A DNA stretch of 64,000 nucleotides from Trichoplax sp. H2 (lineage: Eukaryota): the NCBI GenBank assembly GCA_003344405.1, contig NOWV01000159.1:62001-126000 (forward strand). Direction: 5' to 3'. A model generated the notes under the pieces. That model was given only the letters and a program-made list of their open reading frames with translations, had not been told where the DNA came from and did no database searches. Numbering within the stretch: the first letter of the stretch is position 1; every line of letters starts with the position of its first letter. The position numbers and the translations under genes were made by a program. Of the stretch, positions 10,748 to 24,393 are shown piece by piece.

Positions 10748-12683
10748 CGTTTGACTTAGTGAAAAGGTCATAAACCGATTTTAAATAATAGTACGTTGCA
10801 TGTTCGCTGTGGAAAGGGAACCTTTATAACCATTCCATTGCCGCTGTGAATCCTCTACTTTTAAATCTTACTATTTTGGCAGTCATGTGTATTTTTTTGT
10901 AACCTGGCTAGAAGTACAGTACTGTACTGCACCCCACATTAAACAGTATGTTTTGACCAAGCGATCCGTTTATGTACAGTACGTCCATATTATTACTTCG
11001 GTGGGCTGATTTTGACCATACGAAGTTTGTATGCGAATGGCAGCAGCGGTAGGCTATGGTTGGAGACTTGGAGTTAGAATTTTCTTACTGGAGCTTAGCC
11101 GTTTTTGATCTGCGCCAAACAAATGCAATATCAACCTAATAACTTATTACTGTATGCTATTATCACAAGATAGATTCTATTAGATGATCAATCATTCGTT
11201 TGCCTGTAACAGATTCTACTGAAATTGTCCGATCTAAAAGAATTCATGAAACAAAATTATACAGCGAAGGATGGATAGAATTTAAGAAGAAGAAAATAGC
11301 AAAATCCGTTGCGTTTTCCCTAAACAATACAAAGATTGGTAAGCTGCTTTGAATGTAGATTAAAGCTCAAACGAAGTATGACACCCTTTTAAGCACACGA
11401 TCTTTCACCACCATAGTAATACGGTATACCGTATATTGTATTGTTTAATTTAATTAATTCAAGGAAAACTAAATAGCAAATGGGAATGTAACGTTCTGTA
11501 CAACTATATTTTTTACTTGTTGGTAGGCCGCTCGTGTAAGCGTACCGATTAAAGTGATTACTGTACCGCGAATGCTCATAGATGCAGTTATACGATAACC
11601 TCACGCTTAATAAATTGGTACAACTAAATTCTGTAAACTGATTTGACTCTTTTAGGTCGAAAAAATAGAGGCTATTATGATCACGATTTCTGGAACTTAA
11701 AATATCTACGAAAATTCAGATGGAGTCATTTAAATGAGAAAGCGGGTGATTCCTTTTATTTAAAATCAATCTAGTCTTAAATAGCCGGTGATTGCGAAAT
11801 TTTACTCCGTAGTATATTTTCTTTCCTTTATCACGCTTACTTTTCACTTTGAGCCATGGTTTACGATCTCGCTTCGGGTTACAGCATTCTTGGGACTCAG
11901 TTAACTATGAAACTGCTTTTATGGGTTTCACACAGTGTTATTTATGTTAGTCATGCCTTGATGTATGCATAGTATCAGTAAATATTACTTCCTTTTGATA
12001 TTGGAGCTACTCTTCTTTAATAGTAGCTATAATGCTATCATACCAATTTAATGCGATTTCTTGGGATAGCACGGTAGTTTAGGACGTCATTCATTGATTT
12101 GATGTAAATGTACAATTTGCAAATATTGACATGCATACTGATATAAGTGAAATTTAAAACACTTTGCTAACGGATCTTTTCGTATTTCGTGCGAAATTGG
12201 TTGCACTTGTCCATCCTAAAATGTTTAGGAGACGGCTTTGTTACTAAGACATGTTAATTTATACTGCTTAACAACGTATTTACTATTTATAGCTCATCAT
12301 AATGTCATTAGAGAACAGCGCTTACGAACTGAGATTTCTTGGATGAAAAAACAGAATACTGCTTTTCTTGATAATTTGGATAAGAGTAGAGCCATTGATG
12401 CTATAGTAAAGCGTAAGGAAAGTATTGGAAGCGAGCATGTAAAGGTAAGTTTACTGAGACTAAGTTCTTGTTCAAAATAAAAAACGAATGGTGATACCAT
12501 TTTAAATGGAATATAATTAATTAATTTAGCTAAGTTAGTGATATTTGATCACCGTAAATGTAGGATCATCGAAAGAAATCTTTTAAAGATAAAAATTTCA
12601 GGAAAACAGAAATAAGGATAAAGGCTGATTGGAGCAATAGATCAGAATTAAGTGATTCTATATTATGTAAAATATTTTGTTAA
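10047..12683 (+). CDS. ABT1: Activator of basal transcription 1 / Esf2 pre-rRNA processing RRM protein; exon 1 duplicated
   Basis: Exon 1 10047-10167 (copy 10443-10563) GIVYISRIPPHMNP. Then 11213-11338 (YSEGWIEFKKKKIAKSVAFSLNNTKIG), 11656-11745 (HDFWNLKYLRKFRWSHLNE), 12293-12444 (REQRLRTEIS) and 12564-12683. Confidence 0.93.
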
Positions 12684-14094
12684 CGTAGTGACATGATTGC
12701 GTTCAATCGATTGTATCAAGCAATATTGTGTTATTTTCTTAATGAAGTCTGTACTAGTTATACATGTTAAGCATGGAACGCTTCGTCTCTTAAAGTGATG
12801 CATATTCTTTGTATTTTATTCGCATGCGCACGGTGAGATTTCGATACCAATGTGTTTTTAGTTAAGGGACTCTAATCCATGAGTATAGCTGATAAATGTT
12901 TTAATATTCTTCGTGTGTGTCTTAAAGTAGTAATTTTTACTTAAAGTTTGGATCTGTCTCGTAACGGCAATGGAAATTGTATCTTATGAGCAAGGTAAGC
13001 TACTAAAATTTTTTAAAGTGAGATAAATTAAAGAGTCCAATTTCCGGAAGTTAACTTATACACTATTATTCAAAATATCGTGTAATTCCCGGTTGTACTC
13101 CATTGTGTATACTCATTGACTACTTAATTTTTTCGAAGTAAAATTAATTAGAGAGTTTTAATTTAAGATGATCTATTATCACTAAAATTTTTATCCCTTT
13201 AAGTTTCATACTGATGCTTACCAGTAAATATTATAACTATATTTCATATAAATTCCGTGATATTTTGAGGAGGGTTTGTGTGTCATACTGTACTTACAAC
13301 TATCGTACTTCGTTTTCAAAACTGGTACTTGTTACCAACATAGTATAAAACGAATTTTTCGGAGCTGTAATAATAAAATGGTCTAATATTTATTATCATA
13401 AGTACTGTAATCCTGTTCTCCTAGCTGTGCATCGATAACGATAGACCGCTTCGTATATGTATATCATAGCAAATGAAAGGCGAATGCAGAAATTATTTAA
13501 GTATAAATGTAAAACCTTCATTTTACTGTGCATCTAAAAAATGTAGAATATCTTAAGATTCTGGATTCTAAGTAGAGGGATATACGCACGTACATTTTCC
13601 CTCATTCTGATCTAATCATATAATTATTCATATACTGTACATTTAATGTGTATTTATTTGTTATAACTAGTAAGCATTATTACGGTATTGTTAATAAACT
13701 GTATGTATGATATATATTATATGTATATATATATACTGCACTAGTAAAACTTGCAGCAAGACACATTATTACTGTACTCCAAGTTCCTGACTGCATCCGC
13801 ATTGGAACTTTCACATTTATCGTTGCTAAAATCTACATTGGAACAATTATACAATACCTTATATGCGTACAGCCCTACACCAATAAGTGCTATGACATGC
13901 CAGACTGCCTACGTATAAATTATACAGCACAATATAACATAGATAGGTTCATATTTCCACCAGGCAGTAGCATCCTCTTATATGTCTATCTAACGTTCTA
14001 CCTATGTACTGCCATTCTCAATCTGTAAATAAACCTGTTCTTCATCCTCCCATCATCTTTGACATCTGTCATTGTTGTTTCCCAATCAAGCATA

Positions 14095-15210
14095 TTACTG
14101 TACAATGAGTGCACTGACGTACTGTACAGCAAATAATTTTGGTATGTACAGTACAGTCCTGAGCATGTTTATTTTCTCTTTAGATATAGAAAAAGGGGAA
14201 AAATAGGACTGAACTAACGTAAAAATACCGTACTTTATACCGACATGTAGCTAGAGGGCTGAAGTTTTCGTATATGTTGATAGATGTACAGTACAGTAAG
14301 TTATTCACAACTGTCTATGCAAGAATTTCTACAGTACTGTACAGTACTTTGCCATCTAGAAATCTGAAGAATTAATAAACATGCCATACTGTACAGTACC
14401 ATGCAGTGTACTGTATTGTATCTGCAAATTGTGCATCGTACAAGACTCGACAATGTCGAGTCGATATCCTATAAAGGCTAAACTAGAGTAGAAGATCACT
14501 CATTTTCCTTCAAAAAAAACATAAAACAATCTACAGTACAGTAGACATCATGGCGTAATATACTGTATACTGTACTGTACAGTACAGTACCGTTACTAGC
14601 ATACTGTACTGTACGTACAGTACAGTACAGTACAGTATTTTACTTTAAGTTAATTACAGTACAAATACCGTAACATTTGCAGCGAAGTACTGTACAGTCC
14701 CAATCCTGACACACTTAAAAATTTCCGGCTGTTATACTGTAGTGTACGTACAAGGTAAAAAATTAGAAGAGAAAAGCCCTCTTCTCCTGTGGATATCCCT
14801 CGAAGACGAAGACAGATCGGATGAAATCATGAAATGAAACTAAGGTGACATCATTTCGAGTCGAGATTTTATAGTACAGTACCAGACTAACTTACAGTAC
14901 AGTACTGTACTATACAGTACAGTATTTAGTACTGTACCGTACAGTATTCAGTACTGTGGTTACAGTATTTAGTACTGTACTACTCAGGATTACAGTAGAG
15001 GGAAAATGGAGTCCCAGTCTCCCAGATTACCACATTACTGTACTGTAGTGTACTGTACAGTATTGTACTGTACTGTACTGTACAGTATAGTAAGGTACTG
15101 TAGTTCATTATTGACTGTACCATAGTACTGTACTGTACATACCGTACTGTTTATTTATTTATTATTAATTAATTAACTTAACAGTTAATAAGGAGATTAC
15201 GGTACAGTAC
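14095..15210. repeat. ACAGT/ACTGT array upstream of the tubby gene
   Basis: Scattered from ~14095, dense over 14530-14700 and 14870-15150, then a (TTTA)n tract; ends ~125 bp before the ATG at 15336. Confidence 0.9.
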
Positions 15211-15223
15211 GCAGTCTGTGATC

Positions 15224-15237
15224 GTTGTCTTGGAGAA
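15224..15237 (+). promoter_or_regulatory. Candidate degenerate RFX X-box upstream of tubby
   Basis: GTTGTCTTGGAGAA matches 13/14 positions of RTHNYYWTRRNRAC, ~100 bp upstream of the ATG. Confidence 0.45.
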
Positions 15238-15335
15238 GAAACGTTGGACAGATTAACTTAAAATTTGATGACACCCAAACTACTAAAGTTTGTGGCTACG
15301 AATCTAATTCTGTATTAACGACATATTTATCTATC

Positions 15336-18300
15336 ATGAGCCAATACTATAAGCGCGATAGCGGTGGGTAAGTCAAAAATTCAACCACAATAACGATTTG
15401 TGAATAGTACATATTCTTTTTCACTGACAGTTAATATAATCGGTATGGTATCTCACGGCTATACTATCATACTACAATATCCTATATATGGTATACTGTA
15501 TTTTGCTAACTGCAGTCCTAAGAAAAGTTTTGAATTCTTTTCGTTATTTAATTGAGGCCACCACCTTATCCAAATGCAAATGCTTGGGGTACCGCTCCTC
15601 CTGGAAGGTATCGTACTGTAAATCAATATGCAGCCTTATGCGTAAACTTTGGCTTAGTAAGCCTAAAGTAGACGAGGAATATCTGTTATACAATAACTTT
15701 CGGGACTATATGATTTTGACTGAAATAATAAAAGAATTTCTGAGTTGATATAATTATCTCGAGATTTGATCTAAAAATTATCACTATAGTCTTGATATGT
15801 CACGAATTAATCAAGCGATTTTACCACAGCGTTCCTGAGGAGGAGACGTTATCTAATCCACAAAGCGTCCGTGAGCAGAAAGTCAACCGGCAGGTAAATA
15901 ATCATAATAAGAATTAGACATACAATTTAAGTACTAGAACGGCGCCTTCTAATGGTACTAAGATTTTGTTCAATGATAAGTCTAGTCGGAAAAATAAATT
16001 AGGGATTAGCTTATATCCTATGGTATATTGAAAGCTGTAATAAGTTTTATGTGTCTAATTAAATTCTGGTGCGATTAGTAATGTCAGATTAGCTTTACTA
16101 TCGTTACACTCTCAGTTATAAGTTAAATATTAAAGTACTACTGCATATATGCTAGCATAGGTCATATAGTATTAAAAGGGTATATCATCGAATGAGATCA
16201 TTAAACTGCTAAATCTAAGTTCACTACAGTAACTAGTTCCCATGTATTTTTGGAATCACTAATACGAATGTAACATCAATTCTGTGATAGAGTAGATTTC
16301 TTTGCTATCAGCTCTTATAATCAAGTTAAACAGTGTGAAATGATAGCTCTAAAGCAGTTTATATCACTCTATTACAAAACTAGGTAGTTACTGTAGTTAC
16401 ATTTAAATATATACAAATGTGGAATTCATACGACATATGACTTCGAACGTCACTCATATACCGCACAGCTATGGAGCATCGCTATAGTGATTTCTGTTAA
16501 AACTGTTTTCCCAGTGTTTACGATAAGGCATTGCCGTGCAATATATATTAATTTTCTCCTTAGTACTACTGACAGAGATTTATAATGAATTATCAATCCA
16601 AAATGTTAATCTCCGTTGTATTCTAAATTTATTCTAAATTTTTCTGTAGAGGTTTTTAAATAAATGCAGACCACAGTATATATATATACACAGGCACCTA
16701 AATCAACTGATATACTAAATAGAAGGCAATGGCACATAAATAAACAATTATTATTATGCTACTACAAAGCCTGCTAATGCTATATTAATATATTTCAAAT
16801 TATACATATCACGTTCATAAGACAACCTCTTTAAGATGTACGAAAAATTTCTGTTTTCTACTAACCAATTTGGAAGATCTTTTACTTAATTTAACATATA
16901 ATACTATGAAACATGGAGACATAAAATACCATATGATATGTAATATTAATTAAATTTCGGCTATCAACGTCCCAGCTAATATAAATTCATACATTGTATA
17001 TATACATAATATGTATGTGTAATACAAAAATTTATTAAAGACAGGTTACTTTTACAGGGCATGTATGAATTCAGAATTTGAACTCTACAGTTAACAAAAC
17101 TTAATATGACAGTAATAAGATAGATTACGACTTTAAGAATTAATCTTAAATACAAGAAATTCACATAAATAATAATTATTGAAACAAACAGTATGTGATC
17201 TCAACAACTTACTTCTTTCGAGAATCTTTGCGCTAAATTTTTCGTCATGTTTTTATACTTTTACCTAATCTTTTAAAGTTAAACATGATAACCGTTGTCA
17301 TTATTACATTGTTATATAGAGAGAGCTATTGGAGGCCAGGCAGAAGGTGAAGCGTGTGCAAGCTGGTAAGACTATTGTGATGGAGGGTTCAAAGAGTCTG
17401 CGGACGTGGACTTAGGCATTTTACAATAATGATACAAGGGGTTATTAGAAAAAAGAGATATTTATTGTAGAGAATAACTAGGTACAGTGTGGTAGTTACT
17501 GGTGGATCAGCGTATAAGCTGTCGTGAAGTAACGTGTGTAGATACTAACACTAACAAATGCAACTGAACAAATCTGAGGCAAAAATCATCAGTATTTACA
17601 GTTTTAGAGAGAGAACACATGTAGAGAATAGGATTGTAGAATTAGATACATCATATACCATAAACAGGCTATACAATAGTAAATAATTGTAGGAAATAGC
17701 GAAGACTGTAACTATTATTATCACAATACGCTTTTTGCGATCTATCTACGTTTATAAGATCACAGATTTCGTCAAGTACAAAGACATTAGTTTCAGGCCA
17801 ATCTTAAATATATAATCAAATATCTCAGTTTGCAACTTTTTGGGAAATACTAATAGATACGAAGAATATAGTTATCAGTTTCATGGCTATAAATGTTGTC
17901 TCGGGTACCAAATATGATATGTATGTTACGCCTAAGTATTAATGCTATATTTCTTATGTAGAACTCATACTTTGTATAAATTTTAAATAAAAGCTTAAAT
18001 TTATATGATGGTTTATAATCTCAGCTACTAAAAACTAGAGGTTTTAGATAAATTATTTTATATTTAAGGCAAGATGCAGCTAAATGACCATCGCCCAACT
18101 TCGTCTAAATCAGGGAGAAGCATACCCCAAGTACCATCTGACAAAGATGCAGAAGGTAATATATAAAGGTAGCATAGAACGTAGCGATCGCGTTACTATT
18201 CTTTCAGTTAAAGATTTGATAACATTACAGTATATCTTTCATTACCATAGATAAATTTCCAAATTGTTATCAGTATTTCAAAAGGCGGATCGGACAATTA

Positions 18301-21300
18301 ATCATAGCACATAAATGATCTCCTAAAATACTTCATCACGTACAAGTTTCGCAGATTAATTGGAATAACCTCAAACTATAGGATTTCTAAACATTTCTAA
18401 TTCTTTAGCCCTTGATTTATTTGTGACCTTATGATACAGTGCTTACATTAATAATAAACTTTTATAAAATGTTACATTAACACAAAAATAATAGCCCAGA
18501 AGACTAGTGTTATACGGCAGTATACAATAAATATATATATATATTAATTACAAAATATTACGATTTAATTATAATATCAACAAAACACTATTTTAGTTAC
18601 TAAAGTTGGCAAAATAACATTTATGGCTTACGTTTGATATAATACTGTAACTGAAATTAGATATTCTAGAATCCATTATTTTCAAAGATGAGAAGTTATG
18701 CTTCGATTATAGTTATTATTTTAATCTGCAACAAAAATTCTAAACTGTTAAGATAAACTATACTGTAGTATAGCTGTATAAGTACATCCATATAATTGAT
18801 ATTATTGCTCGTATAAAGAATACTTATTAAATACTTGGACAATTCGCTGAAATGCTTTACGTATAGCTCACATCTGAGGTTATAGATTTATGAAAGATCA
18901 GACATTCTTCTGGTTATTCGAATTCTACACCAATCGTGCACATCATCATATCTTAAATAGACGCACTTCCTGGTGTTATTAGCTTAGCTTTGTAATTAAT
19001 ATTAGATAAGTCGATTATACTAACGTTATCAAATTGCCATCCTTATTCAGTTATACACATGCATACCGTACCTGCGATCTCTAGCATATTTTTACAATTC
19101 AGCTCTTGGCAGGATAGGTTTTGCTATGAATGCGAATCGTTTTTGTACAACTCTTTAGGATTAGAGTGTACTTTTTTAAATTTACTATATACCAATAATG
19201 TAAACTTAAATATACATACCTATAATATAACTACTACTGGATGAAGCTATAATAACCTGGATAACATAAGATACTAACGGAAGACACAAATTAAAACATA
19301 AAATTACGCGATATGCAGGTACCGAATATTTACAGATGGACAATGATGATAATTTTGCATCTTCCGCGACGAAAGTTATGGACTTCAACAATAATAAAGA
19401 AAGCCCGTCATCTGCATCTGCAAAAGTAAACGATAAAATGCTATTGGTCGATTATGTGTAGTAATGTATAAATAAAATCTACTTTTCAATAGTAGTAGTA
19501 TTTGCAGAATGATTTTTATAAACTTCAACAAAGTAACGTAACTGTAAATAATATTAGGCTGTATCGGAAACAGAACGTAAACTAGCAAATCTTGGCTTGC
19601 GGCATGAAATTAATTATGATGAAGACGAAGAAGATATCGAATCATCGGCTGTAATTCCTATCCAGGACAAATCTCAAGTTCCTACTCACAGATCTCCTCG
19701 TTCTTATCCATCAAAAGAGGTACTGTAATATTTTTGTGATATTTTATTTGAGCATGCAGTTTCATGCGATAAGGTTACAGTACTAAATGCTCTCTTATCT
19801 TACCTTACTCACGTCACACGTACAAATGCATAGCATTATCTGCATAGTTTTACCCGATATCTCTTGCTAATATCGGATTGTTGGTAAAATATAATTATCG
19901 TAATAATTTCCCCATTTTCAATTCCGTACCTGCCTATTGTTACACTATCGTATACATATTAATTTTCGTACATGTAATAGCATAACATCTCACTACATTT
20001 CACAGCAGGTACATTGAATACTAAATTTATCATTTCTTTACGATTAAATTTTTAGTTAGAATATATTATGGAAATTGTTTATTTCCTGATAAGATTAAAT
20101 GTTTAATTGGCTTTAAAAACGTAATACGAGCAAATACTATTTTCCAATAAGGAATATTCACCCTCTGGATCCCCTGAGGATTCATCGATATTTAATCTTG
20201 ATATCGATAATATAGAAAAATTTATTCAAAGGTACATAAAATTAAAATCGTACGACCAAGATCAATTAGTAACAATGTATCGAGAATGATTGCTAAATTA
20301 CAATGACCTTAACGTTGTTAGCACTGCTCCACAAGATACTACAATAAAATGTAGGATTAGCAGAGATAAAAAAGGGGTGGATCGGGGAATCTATCCTACT
20401 TATTATCTCCACCTGGAAAGAGAGGATGGTAAAAAGGTAAAATCTAAAATCATCTAATCCTCAGTGTATAATCTTAATGTATTAGGTAATAACTGAATTA
20501 CTGTTCTTAGATTTTCCTTATGGCAGGTCGCAAACGAAAGAAAAGTAAAACTTCGAATTATTTGATATCGAATGATGCTACTGATCTTTCCAGAAATGGA
20601 GAAAGCTTTGTTGGTAAACTAAGGTAATGCAATAGTATGATCAGCATAATTGTACGATGATTTCGGCGGTTACTGAAAGGTCATAAACAATTTCTGGATT
20701 ATAGATCAAATTTGATTGGAACTCGTTTTACAGTATACGATAATGGTATAAATCCTGCGAAAGGTTCAGTTGGCATTGACGGAAGTAGTAATAGAGAAGA
20801 GCTCGCCGCCATAATATACGTGAGAACCATCACTTTTACGGAGTTATCAAGTACGATGTACACCTACCTTGCGTCTTCTTTTTAATTTATTCAAAGGATA
20901 CCAATGTTCTTGGTTTCAAAGGACCTAGAAAAATGACAATTCTTATCCCTGGGATGGATGCAAATCAGGAAAGAGTGGCTGTTAGACCGAGAAATGTAAA
21001 TATTTAAAGATTTGTGCTCTATTTGTGACTGATTTAATTTACTACAAAACCTTTGTAATTTCTTAGCTAATATGTATAACTACGGCTGTATCTGGAACAC
21101 GATAATACTAGTCCATCATACAGTAATTTGTCAGTGATTTGGTATAAAACATGCCCAGTAAATAAACATCTTATAGGAGCTTTTAAACGTGTCCTGTTTT
21201 TTTGAATCGTCATCAACATTACACTGTGCAACTCTTTCTTAGGCTAATGAAACATTATTAGAGAGATGGAAAAGTGGTAGAATGGATAATTTATTAGAAC

Positions 21301-21799
21301 TGCACAATAAAGCACCTGAATGGAACGATAGTAAGACACTTATTTTGGAATTTATATCTAACAATCCATCAGTCCATATTGCTAAATTAAAGTCAAGTTG
21401 ATATAATTTTATTGTAAAATTATACATGTTATCCAGAAATAGTATCACTATTTGTAATTCGTGTTTAATTTTAGATACCCAATCATATGTTCTTAACTTT
21501 CACGGGAGAGTAACTCAAGCATCAGTAAAGAATTTTCAAGTTGTTCATGATAATGATGGTAAGAATAAATTGTATCTTTCATGTACTAGTTTATTGATTG
21601 ATATGCAGGATTAATAGCAGCCGACTCCGCAAACTTTAAGTATTTATATTCATTGAACTTTGCAGTTGATTACATCATAATGCAGTTCGGTCGGGTATCA
21701 GAAGATGCTTTCACTATGGACTACAAATATCCGTTATCGGCATTGCAAGCTTTTGCTATTAGCTTAAGCAGTTTTGATGGAAAATTGGCTTGTGAATGA
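15336..21799 (+). CDS. TUB: Tubby / tubby-like protein (TUB/TULP family), multi-exon
   Basis: N-terminal helix [18 protein letters not shown]. Tubby domain [63 protein letters not shown], ending [19 protein letters not shown]. Probably a pro-ortholog of several vertebrate TULPs. Confidence 0.93.
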
Positions 21800-23213
21800 T
21801 GTTTTCTCTGCCATAATTTAAGATTCTAGAGATATTCGTACAGTTATCTGTTTGCATGTGTAATGTAGTATTGTTTTACTATCTCAAGTTACTTTATTCA
21901 AGTAAATTGGCGGCTAAATTGAAAATAATAACATTCTTATAACTTAGAGGTATAAAAAAGTGATATTAAAGAAAGATCATATCGTTACTAGACTGTAGAT
22001 CATAAACCAGCCATTATCCCTGTGCGTAGATTCACCATTTACTAAATGGCGACCTATTATCACGGTACTCGTGTAATGACTTTAACAGTTTTCATTTTAA
22101 CACTAACAATATATAGGAGCATTCAAAACTGTTCTCTAAATAATTATAATGATTACAAATATCCTTAATAAAACTATAACTGCCTTAATGTATCATATAC
22201 GGTTTTATATTTATCCGCATTTTAATGGATTATGTAGTATCATTTCCCTTTCCGGTTACTGCGTTATGCTCTGCATTCCTACTGTTTACTTATTTATTTA
22301 CTGTGGTATTTATTAATAACTAGTACTAGTTTAAAGTTTTAATCAATTTCTAAATCAAGCTGACGTTTCATGTTGATAGCGAACTTACCTACATTACTGT
22401 CTAGCGATATGCTTTTCAGTACCACAACTTTTAACTGCAACACTGTACAGACGCAGTATAAATTTACGGTAATTCGATAACACTACTAGCCCGGAATGGC
22501 AGGACCTCTAGTGTAGTTTTGAGAATCAAGCTACAGTAAGGATCACGATCATCGTTCGTACCAGTGATGTATAACGTGTGTGTAAGTTATCTTAAATATT
22601 CGTATGTTTTTGTAGATGAAATGTTTAAGAATTTTTCTCTTAAAAGTCCCTGCCGTATCACATCTCGTGCATGTGGCAGCCAGATTTTCTTGCTGTCATG
22701 CAAATATTAATGGTAGCCAGCCAATAAATGCAGAACACATTCCTGATATCAGAGATTATTCAACCAATAGTAAAACATTTCTTGTTGTCATGAAATTATC
22801 CCCCTAGTGTTCCGCAATTACAGTAGCACAAGTATCACTGTCTACAGCATAAATATAAGCAGTAACGTCGTATGGTACGCTGAATCACCAAATATTCCTG
22901 TTTGCAGGTCTTCATCTCGAAGCACTTTAATAAGTCATTCTTGATTATTCTAAACAATCGTAACCTATACTCATGTCATTAAACAAAGAACATTACAGTA
23001 CCGAAATTATATCAAATACACATTTTCACAAAATGATCACCTTCATGGTTATACTTATGTATAAGTATCTTCGTCAAAATCCCGTTTTCCTCGTATACCG
23101 AACTCAACTAATATAAAACCTAACAGTTTCTCTCCATAACTAAAAATTTATCCAACTACTACTCACGATTGGTTTGTGTTGCCAGTAGGATAAAATAAAC
23201 ATTTAACCTATAA

Positions 23214-23243
23214 CTAGGGTATCCGGGCGTATATTTACGCTCG
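23214..23243 (-). mobile_element. Helitron-like 3' terminus (hairpin plus CTAG|T)
   Basis: Minus strand reads CGAGCGTA-AATA-TACGCCCG-GATACC-CTAG|T: a 20-nt GC-rich hairpin with one mismatch, ending 10 nt from CTAG, followed by T. No 5' end or Rep-helicase ORF located. Confidence 0.35.
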
Positions 23244-24393
23244 TTGAAGATTGTCTAGTGCACCATCGCTCGTATTGTACTCGCGTATCCTACTGATTTT
23301 TATTTTATGTACTCACATATTAGGGTACAACGTACTGTAGTGTACACTTCTTCTTGTAATATCATTTCGATTTTAAGTGAGTATATTGATCTTGAAGAAT
23401 AGTTGTCTGCTTTTAAATTATTGATCATTTTTTGCAATAACATCATAAATTGAGATCCATAGTTTTGGGTTACCCAACTACATATTGCGGATAGCAGTCT
23501 ATTACATAATTTTAATTTTAATTATATTAGTAAATGTTTCACAATGAGATATCCCAAGTGAGGGCAGCTTTGAATCATTACAATTATAATAATTAATTTA
23601 ATTTAATTTTTATACTATTGAACAACTACAAAGCTATTAATAAATTAGTGTAATATTTCTAGCCTTCCTTTTCTTTAAAGTTTCGATGAATTGATGTAAA
23701 TTACGTTTTACCACCTTAGTAAAATGTTGATTAATTTTTTGTGGTAAGTTCTGATTTAGCTATTCATGGGTTCCTCACTATCAAAGCTTAGGCATATCAT
23801 AGCATTATCAACAACACAAGGAAATTGACACCGATACAATTTTCGCATATCGCGCCTCATTAAGCCACAGCCGATACCCTTTCACGTCAAAGACAGCTAC
23901 TTCCACTTTACTAGGGCTGAGTAATTCTAGTAGCAGACCCTGATTCTTCTAGCCGTGATATAACAATTATTAAAAAAGATCGCCATTTTTCGAATGTACG
24001 TGTATAACGACCACAACTTCGCTTGAGATATTTCAGATTGCATGGTATCTTTACCAAATTTTCATCTGAATTAATCCAATTTCTATTCCAACTCTTTTAA
24101 CATTCTACAGAAGCAGCGATTTTCATTAACGCAACATTTCAATATTCTATTTATATCTCTTCAAATAGAATATACAATGAACGGTGAATGTCCTTAAAAA
24201 TGATATAATTTCGCTCGCTGTAGTAACGTTCAATGCAAGCTTTTCATTTTTTGTTAGATTAGTTGACCTTATCGTAACTTTTAGTAATTTTATAAGATCA
24301 TGCGTAAAATATGGTATAGCCCATCTCTTAACACGTACTGTTCTTGTGTATTATAAAACTTAAATCCGAATTTACGCTACTGTATCACAATTA

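Noticed and set aside
11868-11877. CTCGCTTCGG resembling the U6 5' end
   Set aside because: Only 10 nt; no ACAGAGA box or remaining U6 sequence.
22616-22807. 63-aa ORF after an acceptor-like site downstream of tubby
   Set aside because: No recognisable homology or partner exons.
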